Notes: generated from the letters alone by a model not told the origin. DNA of 60,363 nt from Terrimesophilobacter sp. (GCA_039920505.1 JBDSDO010000109.1:1-60363); one strand, 5' to 3'; positions 32,858 to 42,634 are shown, counted from the first letter of the stretch. Numbers and translations are program-made.

Positions 32858-35767
32858 ATGGCCGCTGCCGCGGAGGGGATCGGCCCGGTTCTCGTTGGGC
32901 GCAGCGTCGAGCTGGGTGCTGTCGGCGCGTTTGTCGACACGGTAGACGCTGGCACGGCGGGAACGCTTCTGATCACCGGAGACCCCGGCGTGGGGAAGAC
33001 TGCCCTGGTGCGGGAGGCATGTACTCGGGCCGCGGCGGAGCCCTGCGGCAAATCGGTGGCCGTCATCCTCACCGGAACGTGTCTGCCACTGTCCTCCATG
33101 ACGGTGCCGTTTCTCGCGCTGCGATCCGCGGTGCGTGGGATCCCGGCAGCGGACGGGATACCGCGACCCAGATTCCTGGACGAGGTGGATGCGTTCTCCT
33201 ATGTCCCGGTCGAATTCGACGCCTGGCTCGAGGAGCTGTGCGCAGCGCGGCCAGTCATTCTCGTCATCGACGACCTGCACTGGGCCGATCGGAGCACCCT
33301 CGACGTGCTGATGTATGTCATCGCCGGACCGGCCGACCGTCGGCTCGCCGTCATCGCCACCATTCGCGGCGGCGAAGTCGGTGACGACCACCCGTTGCAA
33401 CGGTGGCTGGCCGACGTCCGCCGCCTGCCGCGCATCCGGCAACTGACGCTCGGCCCACTCGACCGCGTCGCGACGGGGGAACAAATCGCCGCCGTGCTGG
33501 GTGCCCCACCGCACCAATCGCTCGTGGAGGAGGTCTTCACCCACACCCGCGGCAATTCCTACCTCAACAAATTGGTCGTGTCGGGACTGGCCCCGAATGC
33601 CCGGCACCTGCCGTCCACGCTTCCTGCGGACCTCAAATCGGCCGTCCTGCAGTCCTGGCGCCGCCTGTCCCGGGGGTCGCGGGAACTCACCCAGATTGTG
33701 GCGGCGGGTGGCATGCCGACTCGCCCTCGGGACCTCGAAGACATCACCGGCGCAACCGAGGCCGAGGTGAAACGGATGCTGCGGGAGGCCGTCGATGAGG
33801 GAATCCTTGATCTCGCCGCTGCGGGGACGTATTGGTTCCACCACCCGATGAATGCCGAGGTGCTGGAGCAGGGACTCACCGAGGATGAGCGCCAACGCCG
33901 GCACTCCGACTTCGCCGGCCGCCTGGAGCGGCTTATTGCTGCGCTGCCGACGCCCGAAGTGGCGATGATGGTGTCTGTTGCCGATCACCACTTCCAGGCG
34001 AAACACCTCATCCCGGCATACAAATGGGCTTTGCGTGCGGCCGGGGCGGTCGGCGCGGTGGGTGGTGTTTCCGAGATGCTGCGACTGTTGCGGCGTGCGG
34101 TGGCACTGAGATCGCAGCTTCCCAATGCGGCGGAGAGCACTCTCGACCTTCTGAACCGACTGCGCGGCGTAGCGGCCGAGAGCGGCGCCATTGACACGGA
34201 GCTGGACGCAGTCGACGCTCTGCTTGACATTCTGGATGCAGAAGCCTCCCCGCTGGAGGTGACGGAACTCCTGGTGCGGCGAATGCACTTGCGCTTTTCC
34301 ACGGGACGTGCGTTCATCTCGGTGTCGGACATGCACGAGGCGGTACGGATTTCGTCGGTCCAGCCGCAGAGCTGGCAGCACGCGCTCGCGCTCGCCGAAT
34401 TGACGCACGCCGAGCTATGGCAGAACGGACCGGATGCCGCAGTGCATGCCGAGCGGGCACTGGTCGCGGCCACAGCGGCGGGGAACCCGCGTGCCCTCTC
34501 CTACGCGCTCACGGCCAACGCCATGGTCGCCATTATCGATAAGCATGCGAGCCGAGGGAGCGCGTATGCCCTGAAGGCACTGGAAGCATCGGTTCAAGCC
34601 CGCGACTTCTGGGCCTTCGTTCACGCAGCGCTGTGGGAGGCCAACGCGCAAGAGACGTGGGCGAGCTCGCTCTATGCGAATCGGATGCGGCAGCGGCGTG
34701 AGGAGCTGATCGCCCTCGGCGCGCCGCATGTGTACATCGCGAAACTCTCCGCGGACGAGGCCAGCGCACTCCTCGCGATCGGGAATTGGCGCGAGTGCGT
34801 GCAGCGGTTGCGGGTGGTGCTCGGATCCGATCCGGGCCCTCTGGCGGATGCCAGTGCCCGACTCACGGCCGCCCGGCTCGCGGCTTGGCAGGGACGACAC
34901 GAGGAGGCGGCGGCGCACTTGGCGCGTGCGGACGAACTGTTTGCGCAGACGACCGATTTCCTTGCGTTCGATTTCGATGCCATTCGGGCCGAGGTGCTGC
35001 TGGCGGCGGGCAAGCCGCGGTCAGCCTACGCGTCGGCGATGGCAGGCGCGACCTCAGCGGGGACGCCCCCGACGATGTGCGAATGGCTGATACCCCTGGC
35101 CGCCCGGGCACTGAGTGACCAGATCGATCGGGCGCGGGATACCGGAGAGGACACCGCGAAGCTCGTGGAATCGGTGGATGAGCTCGTCGAGCGGTTCCCG
35201 AGCGTCATCAGGGACTTCGGTGAGTCCACCGAACACTGGGAGCGGCAGATCGAAGCGTTGGACCGGCTGTACGCCGCCGAGGTCGGGCGGGCCCGTCGCT
35301 CTGCCGACAACGGTGCGCAGTGGTTGAGCGCGGCCGACGCGTGCCGGGCCGGGATGCTCGCCTGGGAGGAGGCGTACGCGTGTTGGCGCGGCGCCGAGGC
35401 GTTGTTGACCCGGGGGAATCACCACCGCGCACAGGCGACATCCGTGCTCCGCCGCGGGCTGGAGCTGTCTGAGGAGCTTGAAGCGGCGCCGTTGGTGTCG
35501 AACCTGACCGTTCTCGCCTCAAGCGCCCGGATCACCTTGGACCGGGTCGCCGAACACGCGCCGGAGGCGGGGACGATCCCTGGCCTGACGTCACGCGAGC
35601 GGGAAATACTCACTCACGTCATCGCGGGCCGCACCTACGGCGAGATCGCCCGCACCCTCGTGATCAGCGAGAAAACCGTGAGTTCGCACATCTCCAATCT
35701 GCTACGCAAGACCGGCACTTCGAACCGCATGGACCTGGCCCGGCTGGCGACGCGACGCACTAACTGA
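32858..35767 (+). CDS. Large ATP-binding LuxR-family (LAL/STAND) transcriptional regulator
   Basis: Walker A GDPGVGKT, Walker B LVIDDLHWAD, helical middle region, C-terminal LuxR HTH (LTSREREIL...ISEKTVSSHISNLLRK). Confidence 0.93.
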   Translation: MAAAAEGIGPVLVGRSVELGAVGAFVDTVDAGTAGTLLITGDPGVGKTALVREACTRAAAEPCGKSVAVILTGTCLPLSSMTVPFLALRSAVRGIPAADGIPRPRFLDEVDAFSYVPVEFDAWLEELCAARPVILVIDDLHWADRSTLDVLMYVIAGPADRRLAVIATIRGGEVGDDHPLQRWLADVRRLPRIRQLTLGPLDRVATGEQIAAVLGAPPHQSLVEEVFTHTRGNSYLNKLVVSGLAPNARHLPSTLPADLKSAVLQSWRRLSRGSRELTQIVAAGGMPTRPRDLEDITGATEAEVKRMLREAVDEGILDLAAAGTYWFHHPMNAEVLEQGLTEDERQRRHSDFAGRLERLIAALPTPEVAMMVSVADHHFQAKHLIPAYKWALRAAGAVGAVGGVSEMLRLLRRAVALRSQLPNAAESTLDLLNRLRGVAAESGAIDTELDAVDALLDILDAEASPLEVTELLVRRMHLRFSTGRAFISVSDMHEAVRISSVQPQSWQHALALAELTHAELWQNGPDAAVHAERALVAATAAGNPRALSYALTANAMVAIIDKHASRGSAYALKALEASVQARDFWAFVHAALWEANAQETWASSLYANRMRQRREELIALGAPHVYIAKLSADEASALLAIGNWRECVQRLRVVLGSDPGPLADASARLTAARLAAWQGRHEEAAAHLARADELFAQTTDFLAFDFDAIRAEVLLAAGKPRSAYASAMAGATSAGTPPTMCEWLIPLAARALSDQIDRARDTGEDTAKLVESVDELVERFPSVIRDFGESTEHWERQIEALDRLYAAEVGRARRSADNGAQWLSAADACRAGMLAWEEAYACWRGAEALLTRGNHHRAQATSVLRRGLELSEELEAAPLVSNLTVLASSARITLDRVAEHAPEAGTIPGLTSREREILTHVIAGRTYGEIARTLVISEKTVSSHISNLLRKTGTSNRMDLARLATRRTN

Positions 35768-36695
35768 AAATTACCGGCGTTCCGATGGGCAATGCCGCGA
35801 GAGCCTTCGTCATTTCGGCGGATACCCGCACACAGCCGTGGGATAGCCCCGTCGTCGACGGGTAATAGTGGATCGCCGTGAGTGCCGAGTTCCCGCCGTA
35901 CTCGATCAGCGTCGAGGAATGCGCACCGGTAAGCGCGATCGGATTACCGCGGGTGTACGCCAACGACTTGTCCACGTAAATGGACTCGATGTACGTCGCT
36001 GTCGCGGCGGGCGTCGGATCGTTCGGTGTGCCGAGCCGGGCCGATTCCGACGTGGACACCTCGCCAGAGGCAGACACGATCGAGATCGTGGAGTTCGCGT
36101 TGTCGACCATCACCGCGTGAGGAGCGGCAGACACGGTGAAGTCAGCCGTGCGTGCCCACGCAAACGTGCTGCCCGGAGCCGGCCCGGGGCCAGGAGCGGC
36201 ATTGCGCGACGGTGTCGACACTAGAATCATGTCCCCGCTCACCCCGTACACCGCAACCACTGTCGGAGTCTTCACCGTGGGGACCGTTGAACCGAGTGCA
36301 GCGATCGGGGTCGCATCCGGGGTCGGTGTGGAGTAGAGCGCGACCAGCGGATCGATGGGCACTGCCAGCTTCCACTGGTTCACCGGCGTGATCGTCGACG
36401 AATCCAGCAGCGGGCCGATAACGGCGTCATAAAAGGCGAGCGGGACGCCGGCTAAATCGGTTTGGGTTGGCTTGGCCGGGGCCGGAGGAACCGTGGGCGA
36501 CGGGCTGGGCGGCGGCTGCGCCAACCGGGACGGCGACGGGACGGCCGCCTGCGTTTGCGTCGGCCCGGTGGACGCCTGACTGAGGATCACGACGACCATC
36601 GCTGCCGCAATCGCGCCGAGCGCCACGCCGAGCCACACCGAGATCCTGATCCAACGGCGCCGTGGCGGACGCGGAGTCTCTGTCGACATCGTCAC
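35760..36695 (-). CDS. L,D-transpeptidase (YkuD family), membrane anchored
   Basis: N-terminal TM, Pro-rich linker, AIH...SHGCVR catalytic motif. Confidence 0.85.
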   Translation of the reverse strand: MTMSTETPRPPRRRWIRISVWLGVALGAIAAAMVVVILSQASTGPTQTQAAVPSPSRLAQPPPSPSPTVPPAPAKPTQTDLAGVPLAFYDAVIGPLLDSSTITPVNQWKLAVPIDPLVALYSTPTPDATPIAALGSTVPTVKTPTVVAVYGVSGDMILVSTPSRNAAPGPGPAPGSTFAWARTADFTVSAAPHAVMVDNANSTISIVSASGEVSTSESARLGTPNDPTPAATATYIESIYVDKSLAYTRGNPIALTGAHSSTLIEYGGNSALTAIHYYPSTTGLSHGCVRVSAEMTKALAALPIGTPVIFS

Positions 36696-38122
36696 GCTCC
36701 TGCCACTCCCGGTTCGACAGCCCCCTCGACGCGCGCATCAGCCGGTCGGTTCGGGGCGATCCTCGAACTCAACACTATGGCGACCACGGCGATTACGCCG
36801 GCGAACGCGAAAACGCCGGCAAAGGAAGACCCCGCGAAAACGATGCCCGTGGTGGCCAGCGCAAGCGAGGCGCCCAGCGAGTCCGAGATCGACAGTGCCG
36901 AGGAATTGAAGCCCTGGTTCTCACTGGTCGACAGTGCCAGCGTCATGACGCTGGTGCGCGGGTACATTAGTCCCATGCCGGCCCCGCCGACACCCCAACC
37001 GACGATCGCCACGATCGGGGTCAGTCCCCACAGGGCCGTCGCGAACGTGAACGCGATCGCGGCAGCGACTATGGAGCTGCCGATTCGGATGCTCCCCGCG
37101 TGAGTCAATCGGCCGGCCAGGCGGCCTTGCAGCCAGGATGCGCTCGCCCAGGCCAATGCGGCGAGGGTCAGTGCCAGTCCGGCGAGGGTGGCGGAAAAGT
37201 TGTAGTGGTCGATGAGCAGGTATGGCAGGTACACCTCGGCGCCGAAGAACGACGCGGCGATGACGCCCCGGGTGAGGATCACGCTGGGCAGGCCGCGCCT
37301 GGCAGTGAGGGTGCCCCGCGGAACGAGCGGACGCACCGCCACGATCGCCATCACCACCGCCAGTCCGGCCAGCAGACCGCCGACCGCCGGAATCTTGGAG
37401 AGCAGACTGAGTCCGAGGACCGCCAGCGCGGCCACCACCGCCCACAGAATCCGACCGAACGACCATGGCACCATTGCCGGTTCACCCACCGCATCCGAAT
37501 CCCCGAACCGGGCTGGCCCCGAAAGGCTATGCATGGCCGGAACGACCATCGCCATCGCAATGAGCACCAAGCCGACCACCCCGAGGAACACCCAGTGCCA
37601 GCTCCACACCTCGGTGACAGCGCCGGCGGCAACCGGTCCGATCAGGGACGGAATAACCCATGCTGCGGCGAAGCCGGCGAAGATCGACGGATGCAACCGT
37701 GCCGGAAACGCGCGCGCCACCACGACATAAAGCGCGACGATCATTGCTCCCGCACCGAGTCCCTGCACCAGGCGGCCGGCCACGAGCGCGACCATGCTGG
37801 TCGCCGTTCCCGCGATCAGAAGGCCCACGATGAACGCGGCAACCGACGCGTAGAGCGGCACTGTCGGACCGATGCGGTCTGCCCAGTTGCCGCCGACCAC
37901 CATGCCGATGATGCCCGTGGCCAACGGCCCGGAGAACGCGAGTGCGTAGAGGCTCGCTCCGTGCAGTTCGGCACTGACGACGGGCATGATGGTCGTCACC
38001 GCCAGTGATTCGAACGCCGCCAGGAAGCAGAGCGAAACAGTACCGATTGTGGCCCATAGAAAGTCGCGGCTGAACAGACCCGGCATGGAATCTGCAGAGG
38101 AGTTAGGGGATTTGCGGGGCAC
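36692..38122 (-). CDS. MFS transporter (14-TM drug:H+ antiporter type)
   Basis: AFESLAVTTIMP, WADRIG and GRLVQGLGAG motifs; TAGTCT 6 nt upstream of GTG. Confidence 0.9.
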   Translation of the reverse strand: MPRKSPNSSADSMPGLFSRDFLWATIGTVSLCFLAAFESLAVTTIMPVVSAELHGASLYALAFSGPLATGIIGMVVGGNWADRIGPTVPLYASVAAFIVGLLIAGTATSMVALVAGRLVQGLGAGAMIVALYVVVARAFPARLHPSIFAGFAAAWVIPSLIGPVAAGAVTEVWSWHWVFLGVVGLVLIAMAMVVPAMHSLSGPARFGDSDAVGEPAMVPWSFGRILWAVVAALAVLGLSLLSKIPAVGGLLAGLAVVMAIVAVRPLVPRGTLTARRGLPSVILTRGVIAASFFGAEVYLPYLLIDHYNFSATLAGLALTLAALAWASASWLQGRLAGRLTHAGSIRIGSSIVAAAIAFTFATALWGLTPIVAIVGWGVGGAGMGLMYPRTSVMTLALSTSENQGFNSSALSISDSLGASLALATTGIVFAGSSFAGVFAFAGVIAVVAIVLSSRIAPNRPADARVEGAVEPGVAGA

Positions 38123-38200
38123 GGTGGGAGACTACGTCGCCCGCGCACGCGGCGCAAAACCGTGCCAGCCTGGACTCGGGAGTCGGTCAGGAACCAGCTT

Positions 38201-39184
38201 CTACTTCTTCGCCACCTGAGTGGGCCGAAGTCGCAGCTTGCGCTGCACACCTTCTTCGCGCAATTCTGCGATGTTGCCTCGTGCCGCAACAAAGCTGGTG
38301 AAGTTCTTATATCCGAGAGCAGACTCCTGGAACGACGGGTCCATCCTCAGCATCTGGTTCTTCACGCTCGAACTTCCCACCCACTCCGAATCGTCCTTGG
38401 CATGCAGCAATCGAAGCGCGCGGATCAAAAGTTGTGACGCCGCCTGCTGCGCAGCCTGCCTGGCTCTCCTGCTTTGGGCGCCAACGGTCGTCACCGCAGC
38501 ACGTTTTGTGGCATCCGTTCGCGTCGGCGTCTCCGAGGACTCCGTCGCCGGTTCTTCCGCATCCGGCTGGGGCGCTGGCGTTTCCTCGGAGTCGATCCCC
38601 TCCTCCTCGTCGGAAATGCCTGGCAAGGCGTCGTAGTCGGCGAACTCGTCGCACGCCGCCGCGAGCAGGGTGCTGGTGGAGCCGGCAACCCCGATGCCGA
38701 CGACATAGCGCCCCAGCCGTTTGCTGCGCTGGGCAAGCGCAATGTAATCAGAGTCGCCCGCAACGATGACAACGTGAGTCAGGTCGGGGAGCCGGAAAAG
38801 ATCCTCGACGACATCGACGGCGAGACGGATGTCTGCCCCGTTCTTCATCGATCGCACAGTGGGGAAGAGCTGCACCAGGTCGACAGCGCGTTCGGTGAGC
38901 TGACCCTTGTAACTCGCGTTCACTTCGATCGACCAGTCGGCATAGGCCTTGCTGATCACGATCGATCCGAACGACGAGGCGAAGTCCAGCACAGCACCGA
39001 CATCCACGGTCGCGTCGCGCAGACGGCGCGCAAGCTCACTGTTGGACTGCAAAGACTCTGCGGTGGCGGCACGCACGCGCTCGCGGAGAAAGTGCCCGCG
39101 CCCGTGGATCTGGTCATACCGGGAGATCACGATGTTGTCGAAGTCGATATAGACGGCGACGCGTTCTTCTTTGGGCTCAGGCAT
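38201..39184 (-). CDS. NYN (LabA/DUF88) domain protein with C-terminal OST-HTH/LOTUS domain
   Basis: VYIDFDN, AYADW, KNGADIRLAVD, GDSDY and DPSFQESALGYKNF motifs. Confidence 0.9.
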   Translation of the reverse strand: MPEPKEERVAVYIDFDNIVISRYDQIHGRGHFLRERVRAATAESLQSNSELARRLRDATVDVGAVLDFASSFGSIVISKAYADWSIEVNASYKGQLTERAVDLVQLFPTVRSMKNGADIRLAVDVVEDLFRLPDLTHVVIVAGDSDYIALAQRSKRLGRYVVGIGVAGSTSTLLAAACDEFADYDALPGISDEEEGIDSEETPAPQPDAEEPATESSETPTRTDATKRAAVTTVGAQSRRARQAAQQAASQLLIRALRLLHAKDDSEWVGSSSVKNQMLRMDPSFQESALGYKNFTSFVAARGNIAELREEGVQRKLRLRPTQVAKK

Positions 39185-39196
39185 CCATTCCTCTTC

Positions 39197-39480
39197 TCAG
39201 TTCGACGGGAATTCGTTAGTGCCAGTCTGACCTGCGCGCATCGGCGCGGGCGGGGACTCGCCGCCTGCACTGCGGATGACCGGGACCATCTTCTCCTGTT
39301 CCGGTCCGAGTCCGATGGCGATCAACACCACCCACCCGGCCAGCAGCTCTGCAGCGGTCCCTGAGGTTCTCGACGGGGGCACCGATCCGTCGTTCGGATT
39401 GATTCCGCTCGGGATACTCCTGTGGCAAGAAGCGGGTCTTCTGCCGCCCTGAGCTGTTCCGCTGTGTAGCCGTTGATCAT
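39197..39480 (-). pseudogene. Internally deleted NAD(P)H-hydrate epimerase (YjeF_N/NnrE) relic
   Basis: MINGYTAEQLRAAEDPLLATG (N-terminus) joined out of frame to IPSGINPNDGSVP and AGWVVLIAIGL (C-terminal motifs); the core is missing. Confidence 0.65.
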
Positions 39481-39533
39481 GGCATATATTCTGCTCGCCG
39501 CCGGCGCAGTGTTGGCTGGGCAGCCGGCCGCTT

Positions 39534-40400
39534 CTACTCCAGGGCGTCCAGCCGTCCCTGCGCGCGCTCCGCCGCAGCTTTGGCCTCCTCCGCGGACCGT
39601 TCCGCCTTGTCCGCCTCCCGTTCGAGCTGCTTCGCATCGCGATCCGTGGCCGAAAGCTGCTCCTCGAGAGCTGTCACCTCGGCTTTCAGCTCGTCGAGTT
39701 CCGCTACGACTTGATGCCGGTGGCGGACAGACTCGTCGAAGCGCGCACCGACGGCCTTCAGTTCCGCCGTTGCATCCTTGGCGCGACGAGCGGCATCCGA
39801 GGCCTTCTGCTGTGCTTCGGCCAGCTGCCGCTTTGATGGCCGGATGCGCTCGGGCCGCTTCGGAGCCTCCGCCGCTGCGTCGAGCAAGACTTCCTCGGGC
39901 GCCCCCACCGCGTCGGTGAGGTCGACGGCCTCGAGCCCGATGGAATCCAGTGCCCGCGTCAGCCGCGCCGTCTTCAGCGCGGCGGCGGCACCGGCATCCG
40001 CCATCGCGGCGTTCAGAGTGTTCTCGATTTCCGTCACCGCGGCCTCGCCAATCGGGTGAGCTGAGCGCTTCGCGAGCGCCGCGGCCTGCTTGCCCAGGGC
40101 GCCGACCAGCACCCGGCGCTGTCCGCTTAACTGTCTCAGCGCGTCACTGTCGAGCTCCGCCTGTGCCGCCCGGAGCGTCCGGCCGAGTTCGAGCAGCTGG
40201 CCGATCGCCTCGGACTGCTCACGTACGAGAAGGTTCACCGCCCACGCTGCCGTCGACGGCTTCCGCAGCGAACGGATGCTTGCCGCCAGCTCCTTCTCGC
40301 CGTGCGTGCGGGCGTCCGCGGCCCGCCTATTTCGGGTGGCCGTGAACTCATCGGGCGTGAGCGCGTAGAGCTCGCGGGCGACGTCAACCAGGCCGGGCAT
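39534..40400 (-). CDS. Conserved actinobacterial hypothetical protein with C-terminal coiled coil
   Basis: ELYALTPDEFTATRN and LRKPSTAAWAVNLL N-terminus; A/E/K/R-rich tail. Confidence 0.78.
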   Translation of the reverse strand: MPGLVDVARELYALTPDEFTATRNRRAADARTHGEKELAASIRSLRKPSTAAWAVNLLVREQSEAIGQLLELGRTLRAAQAELDSDALRQLSGQRRVLVGALGKQAAALAKRSAHPIGEAAVTEIENTLNAAMADAGAAAALKTARLTRALDSIGLEAVDLTDAVGAPEEVLLDAAAEAPKRPERIRPSKRQLAEAQQKASDAARRAKDATAELKAVGARFDESVRHRHQVVAELDELKAEVTALEEQLSATDRDAKQLEREADKAERSAEEAKAAAERAQGRLDALE

Positions 40401-40542
40401 CAGCCGACCACAATAGCTAGCCTCGAATGCATGTCATCATCGTCCTCTGCCGTGAGGATTCCCGCTCCCTTTCCCGACGGTGCGGCATCGTGGGCGGCGA
40501 TAAAGTCAGAGGGAACCACAGCTCTCGATCGCAAAGGACACC

Positions 40543-41307
40543 ATGAATCTGGACCTCGAAGGCAAGCGCGTGCTGGTGACCGGAGGCAGCTCCGGCCTCG
40601 GCTTCGCCGTTGCGCAAGCGTTGGTAGACGAGGGCGCGCGCGTGGCGCTGAACGCCCGCGACACGCCACGGCTCGCGGACGCCGCCGCGCGGCTCGGCGC
40701 GGAGGCCGTGCCGGCCGACCTGTCCGATCCCGACGGCCCCCGCCGCGCCGTCGAGGAGGCAACTCGCGCGCTGGGCGGACTCGACGCGGTTCTCGTGAAC
40801 TCCGGAGGCCCAGCGGCCGGCGATTTCGACAGCCTGGACGAGGCAACGTGGCAGTCGGCCATTGGCGGCACGCTGCTGAGCACCATCCGGCTGTTGCAGC
40901 ACGCAGTTGTCGAGTTGAGGTCAGGTGTCGCACCGGCGATCGCTGTTATCCTCTCGTCATCGGTTCACCGGCCGATCGCCGGACTCACAACCTCGAACGT
41001 TCTGCGTCCCGGGCTCGCCGGACTGGTGAGAAGCCTCGCCGTTGAACTAGCGCCGCAGATTCGCATCAACGGGGTGGCGCCCGGCCGCTTGAACACGGCG
41101 CGCCTTGAGGACTTGGACGCGAAAAGCGCAGCGCGTTCCGGCAGTTCAGTCGACGCGGTGCGGGCCGCGGCCGAAGCGGGAATCCCGCTCGAACGCTATG
41201 GTCAGCCCCGCGAACTCGGCGACCTGGTCGCGTTCCTGATCTCGGCGCGGGCGTCGTACGTCACCGGACAGATTATCGGTGTCGACGGTGGGAGCAGTCT
41301 GGTCTGA
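40543..41307 (+). CDS. SDR family oxidoreductase
   Basis: VTGGSSGLG, NSGGP and RINGVAPG motifs; AAAGGA SD. Confidence 0.92.
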   Translation: MNLDLEGKRVLVTGGSSGLGFAVAQALVDEGARVALNARDTPRLADAAARLGAEAVPADLSDPDGPRRAVEEATRALGGLDAVLVNSGGPAAGDFDSLDEATWQSAIGGTLLSTIRLLQHAVVELRSGVAPAIAVILSSSVHRPIAGLTTSNVLRPGLAGLVRSLAVELAPQIRINGVAPGRLNTARLEDLDAKSAARSGSSVDAVRAAAEAGIPLERYGQPRELGDLVAFLISARASYVTGQIIGVDGGSSLV

Positions 41308-41460
41308 CCTGGACATCCGCCAGGCCACACCCGGCCAGTGTCGCACTACCCGCGACCTCCGGTTGCACTCCCTGGCCGCTGCGTTTTCCCGGGGGAACAC
41401 CCACCCCTGTGTTGTAGTGTCGAGCCAGAGCCCGATGCGATAGCTCCTGGAGAATCCTAA

Positions 41461-41754
41461 ATGCGCGCCCTGCACGAACGGATGGTCATGGCAATGACCG
41501 TGCTCGTCGTCGCGTTCGCCGTCGCGCAGGTCGCTCCCACCTCGCTGCTCGTGACGAGCATCGCCGCGGTCGCTATCGCCGCAATTGTTGCGGTGCGGTA
41601 CGCCGCAACAGTGATCGGGTCGCGCGAGATGGTCGTCGGGCATCGTGCGCACGCGCACCGGGAGGCGCTGAGTGCCATGCCGGCGCCGTCGCACCCGTGC
41701 ACCGCCGGACGTTCGCGCACGAGAGCACCTTCGCAGGCGGCACCGGCCGCGTAA
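41461..41754 (+). CDS. ApcA-like (DUF6412-type) membrane leader peptide, putative translation-arrest peptide
   Basis: Two hydrophobic segments then a polar tail ending PSHPCTAGRSRTRAPS; directly upstream of a yidC paralogue. Confidence 0.75.
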   Translation: MRALHERMVMAMTVLVVAFAVAQVAPTSLLVTSIAAVAIAAIVAVRYAATVIGSREMVVGHRAHAHREALSAMPAPSHPCTAGRSRTRAPSQAAPAA

Positions 41755-41844
41755 CTCCTCGACGCTCCACGCTTCAGTGGGGGTCGGATGCCGCGTGGCC
41801 ACATGGTCACCCCATCCCCTTCTACTGCAAGGACTCTTCTCGTG
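41718..41844 (+). promoter_or_regulatory. mRNA stem sequestering the yidC SD and start codon
   Basis: CACGAGAG(41718-25) pairs with TTCTCGTG(41837-44, includes GTG); CCTT.GCAG(41728-36) pairs with CTGCAAGG(41825-32, includes the SD). Confidence 0.65.
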
Positions 41845-42606
41845 GACCCGTTTTCATTTGCCCCCATCGCCGGGCTTCTCACTGTCGCCTACGCGGCTGT
41901 TCAGGCTCTGGCCGCACTGTTCACCCCGATCGCGGGCACCGCCGCTGCTGCGATTGCCGTCGTCGTGCTCACCGTGCTGGTGCGCTCCGTCCTCATCCCC
42001 GTCGGGATCTCCCAGGTGAAGGCGGAGTCGGCTCGGCGTCGCCTCACCCCCAAGCTGCAGGAACTGCGGCGTCGCTACAAGAACAACCCACAACTGCTGC
42101 AACAGAAAACATTCGAGCTGTACCGGGGTGAGAACACGTCGATGTTTGCCGGCACGCTGCCGATGCTCGCGCAGGCGCCGGTGCTTTCGCTCGTGTATGC
42201 CCTCTTTCTCCGCACCACAGTGGACGGCCACGCAAACGCGTTGCTCATCGAGCACCTTTTCGGAACACCGCTCGGCATCTCCTTCGTGCACCTCATCGCA
42301 TCCGGAGCACTCTGGCCCGGGCTAGCCACCTTCGGTGCGCTTTTCGCGGTCATGGCCGGCATCGCGTGGGCATCGCGCCGCATCGCGCTGCAGGTGGCGA
42401 TGCCGGTGAGGGGCGCCGTGCCCGCTGCCGGTACCACACTTCTGCTCAGTTGGCTCCCGTTCGCCTCCGTGATCTTCGCGGCGTTTGTTCCGCTGGCGGC
42501 GACACTCTACCTGGCGACCACCACCCTGTGGACGCAGATCGAGCGGGCGATCTTGAGGCGGCGGTACTGGAACGGCTCCGACGGCGCATGCACCGCTACC
42601 TCGTGA
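41842..42606 (+). CDS. yidC: Short YidC/Oxa1 membrane protein insertase (yidC2-type paralogue)
   Basis: LTVLVRSVLIP (conserved Arg), PKLQELRRRYK, PMLAQAPV and LYLATTTLW; AAGGA SD before GTG 41842. Confidence 0.9.
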   Translation: MDPFSFAPIAGLLTVAYAAVQALAALFTPIAGTAAAAIAVVVLTVLVRSVLIPVGISQVKAESARRRLTPKLQELRRRYKNNPQLLQQKTFELYRGENTSMFAGTLPMLAQAPVLSLVYALFLRTTVDGHANALLIEHLFGTPLGISFVHLIASGALWPGLATFGALFAVMAGIAWASRRIALQVAMPVRGAVPAAGTTLLLSWLPFASVIFAAFVPLAATLYLATTTLWTQIERAILRRRYWNGSDGACTATS

Positions 42607-42634
42607 CCCACACGCGGCAGGCGTGGGGCACGTC

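Noticed and set aside
32711-34408. 642-aa minus-strand ORF 32480..34408
   Set aside because: Antisense shadow of the LuxR gene; only the last 76 codons have an SD and protein-like composition.
38201-39184. NYN-LOTUS protein as part of a defence system
   Set aside because: Stand-alone, widespread architecture with no defence-associated neighbours in the window.
39534-40400. Possible transposase or mobile element
   Set aside because: No DDE or HUH motifs, terminal inverted repeats or target-site duplication visible.
41435-41460. Longer N-terminus for the leader peptide from ATG 41435
   Set aside because: It would need a stop reversion and two indels, while ATG 41461 has a GGAG SD at normal spacing.
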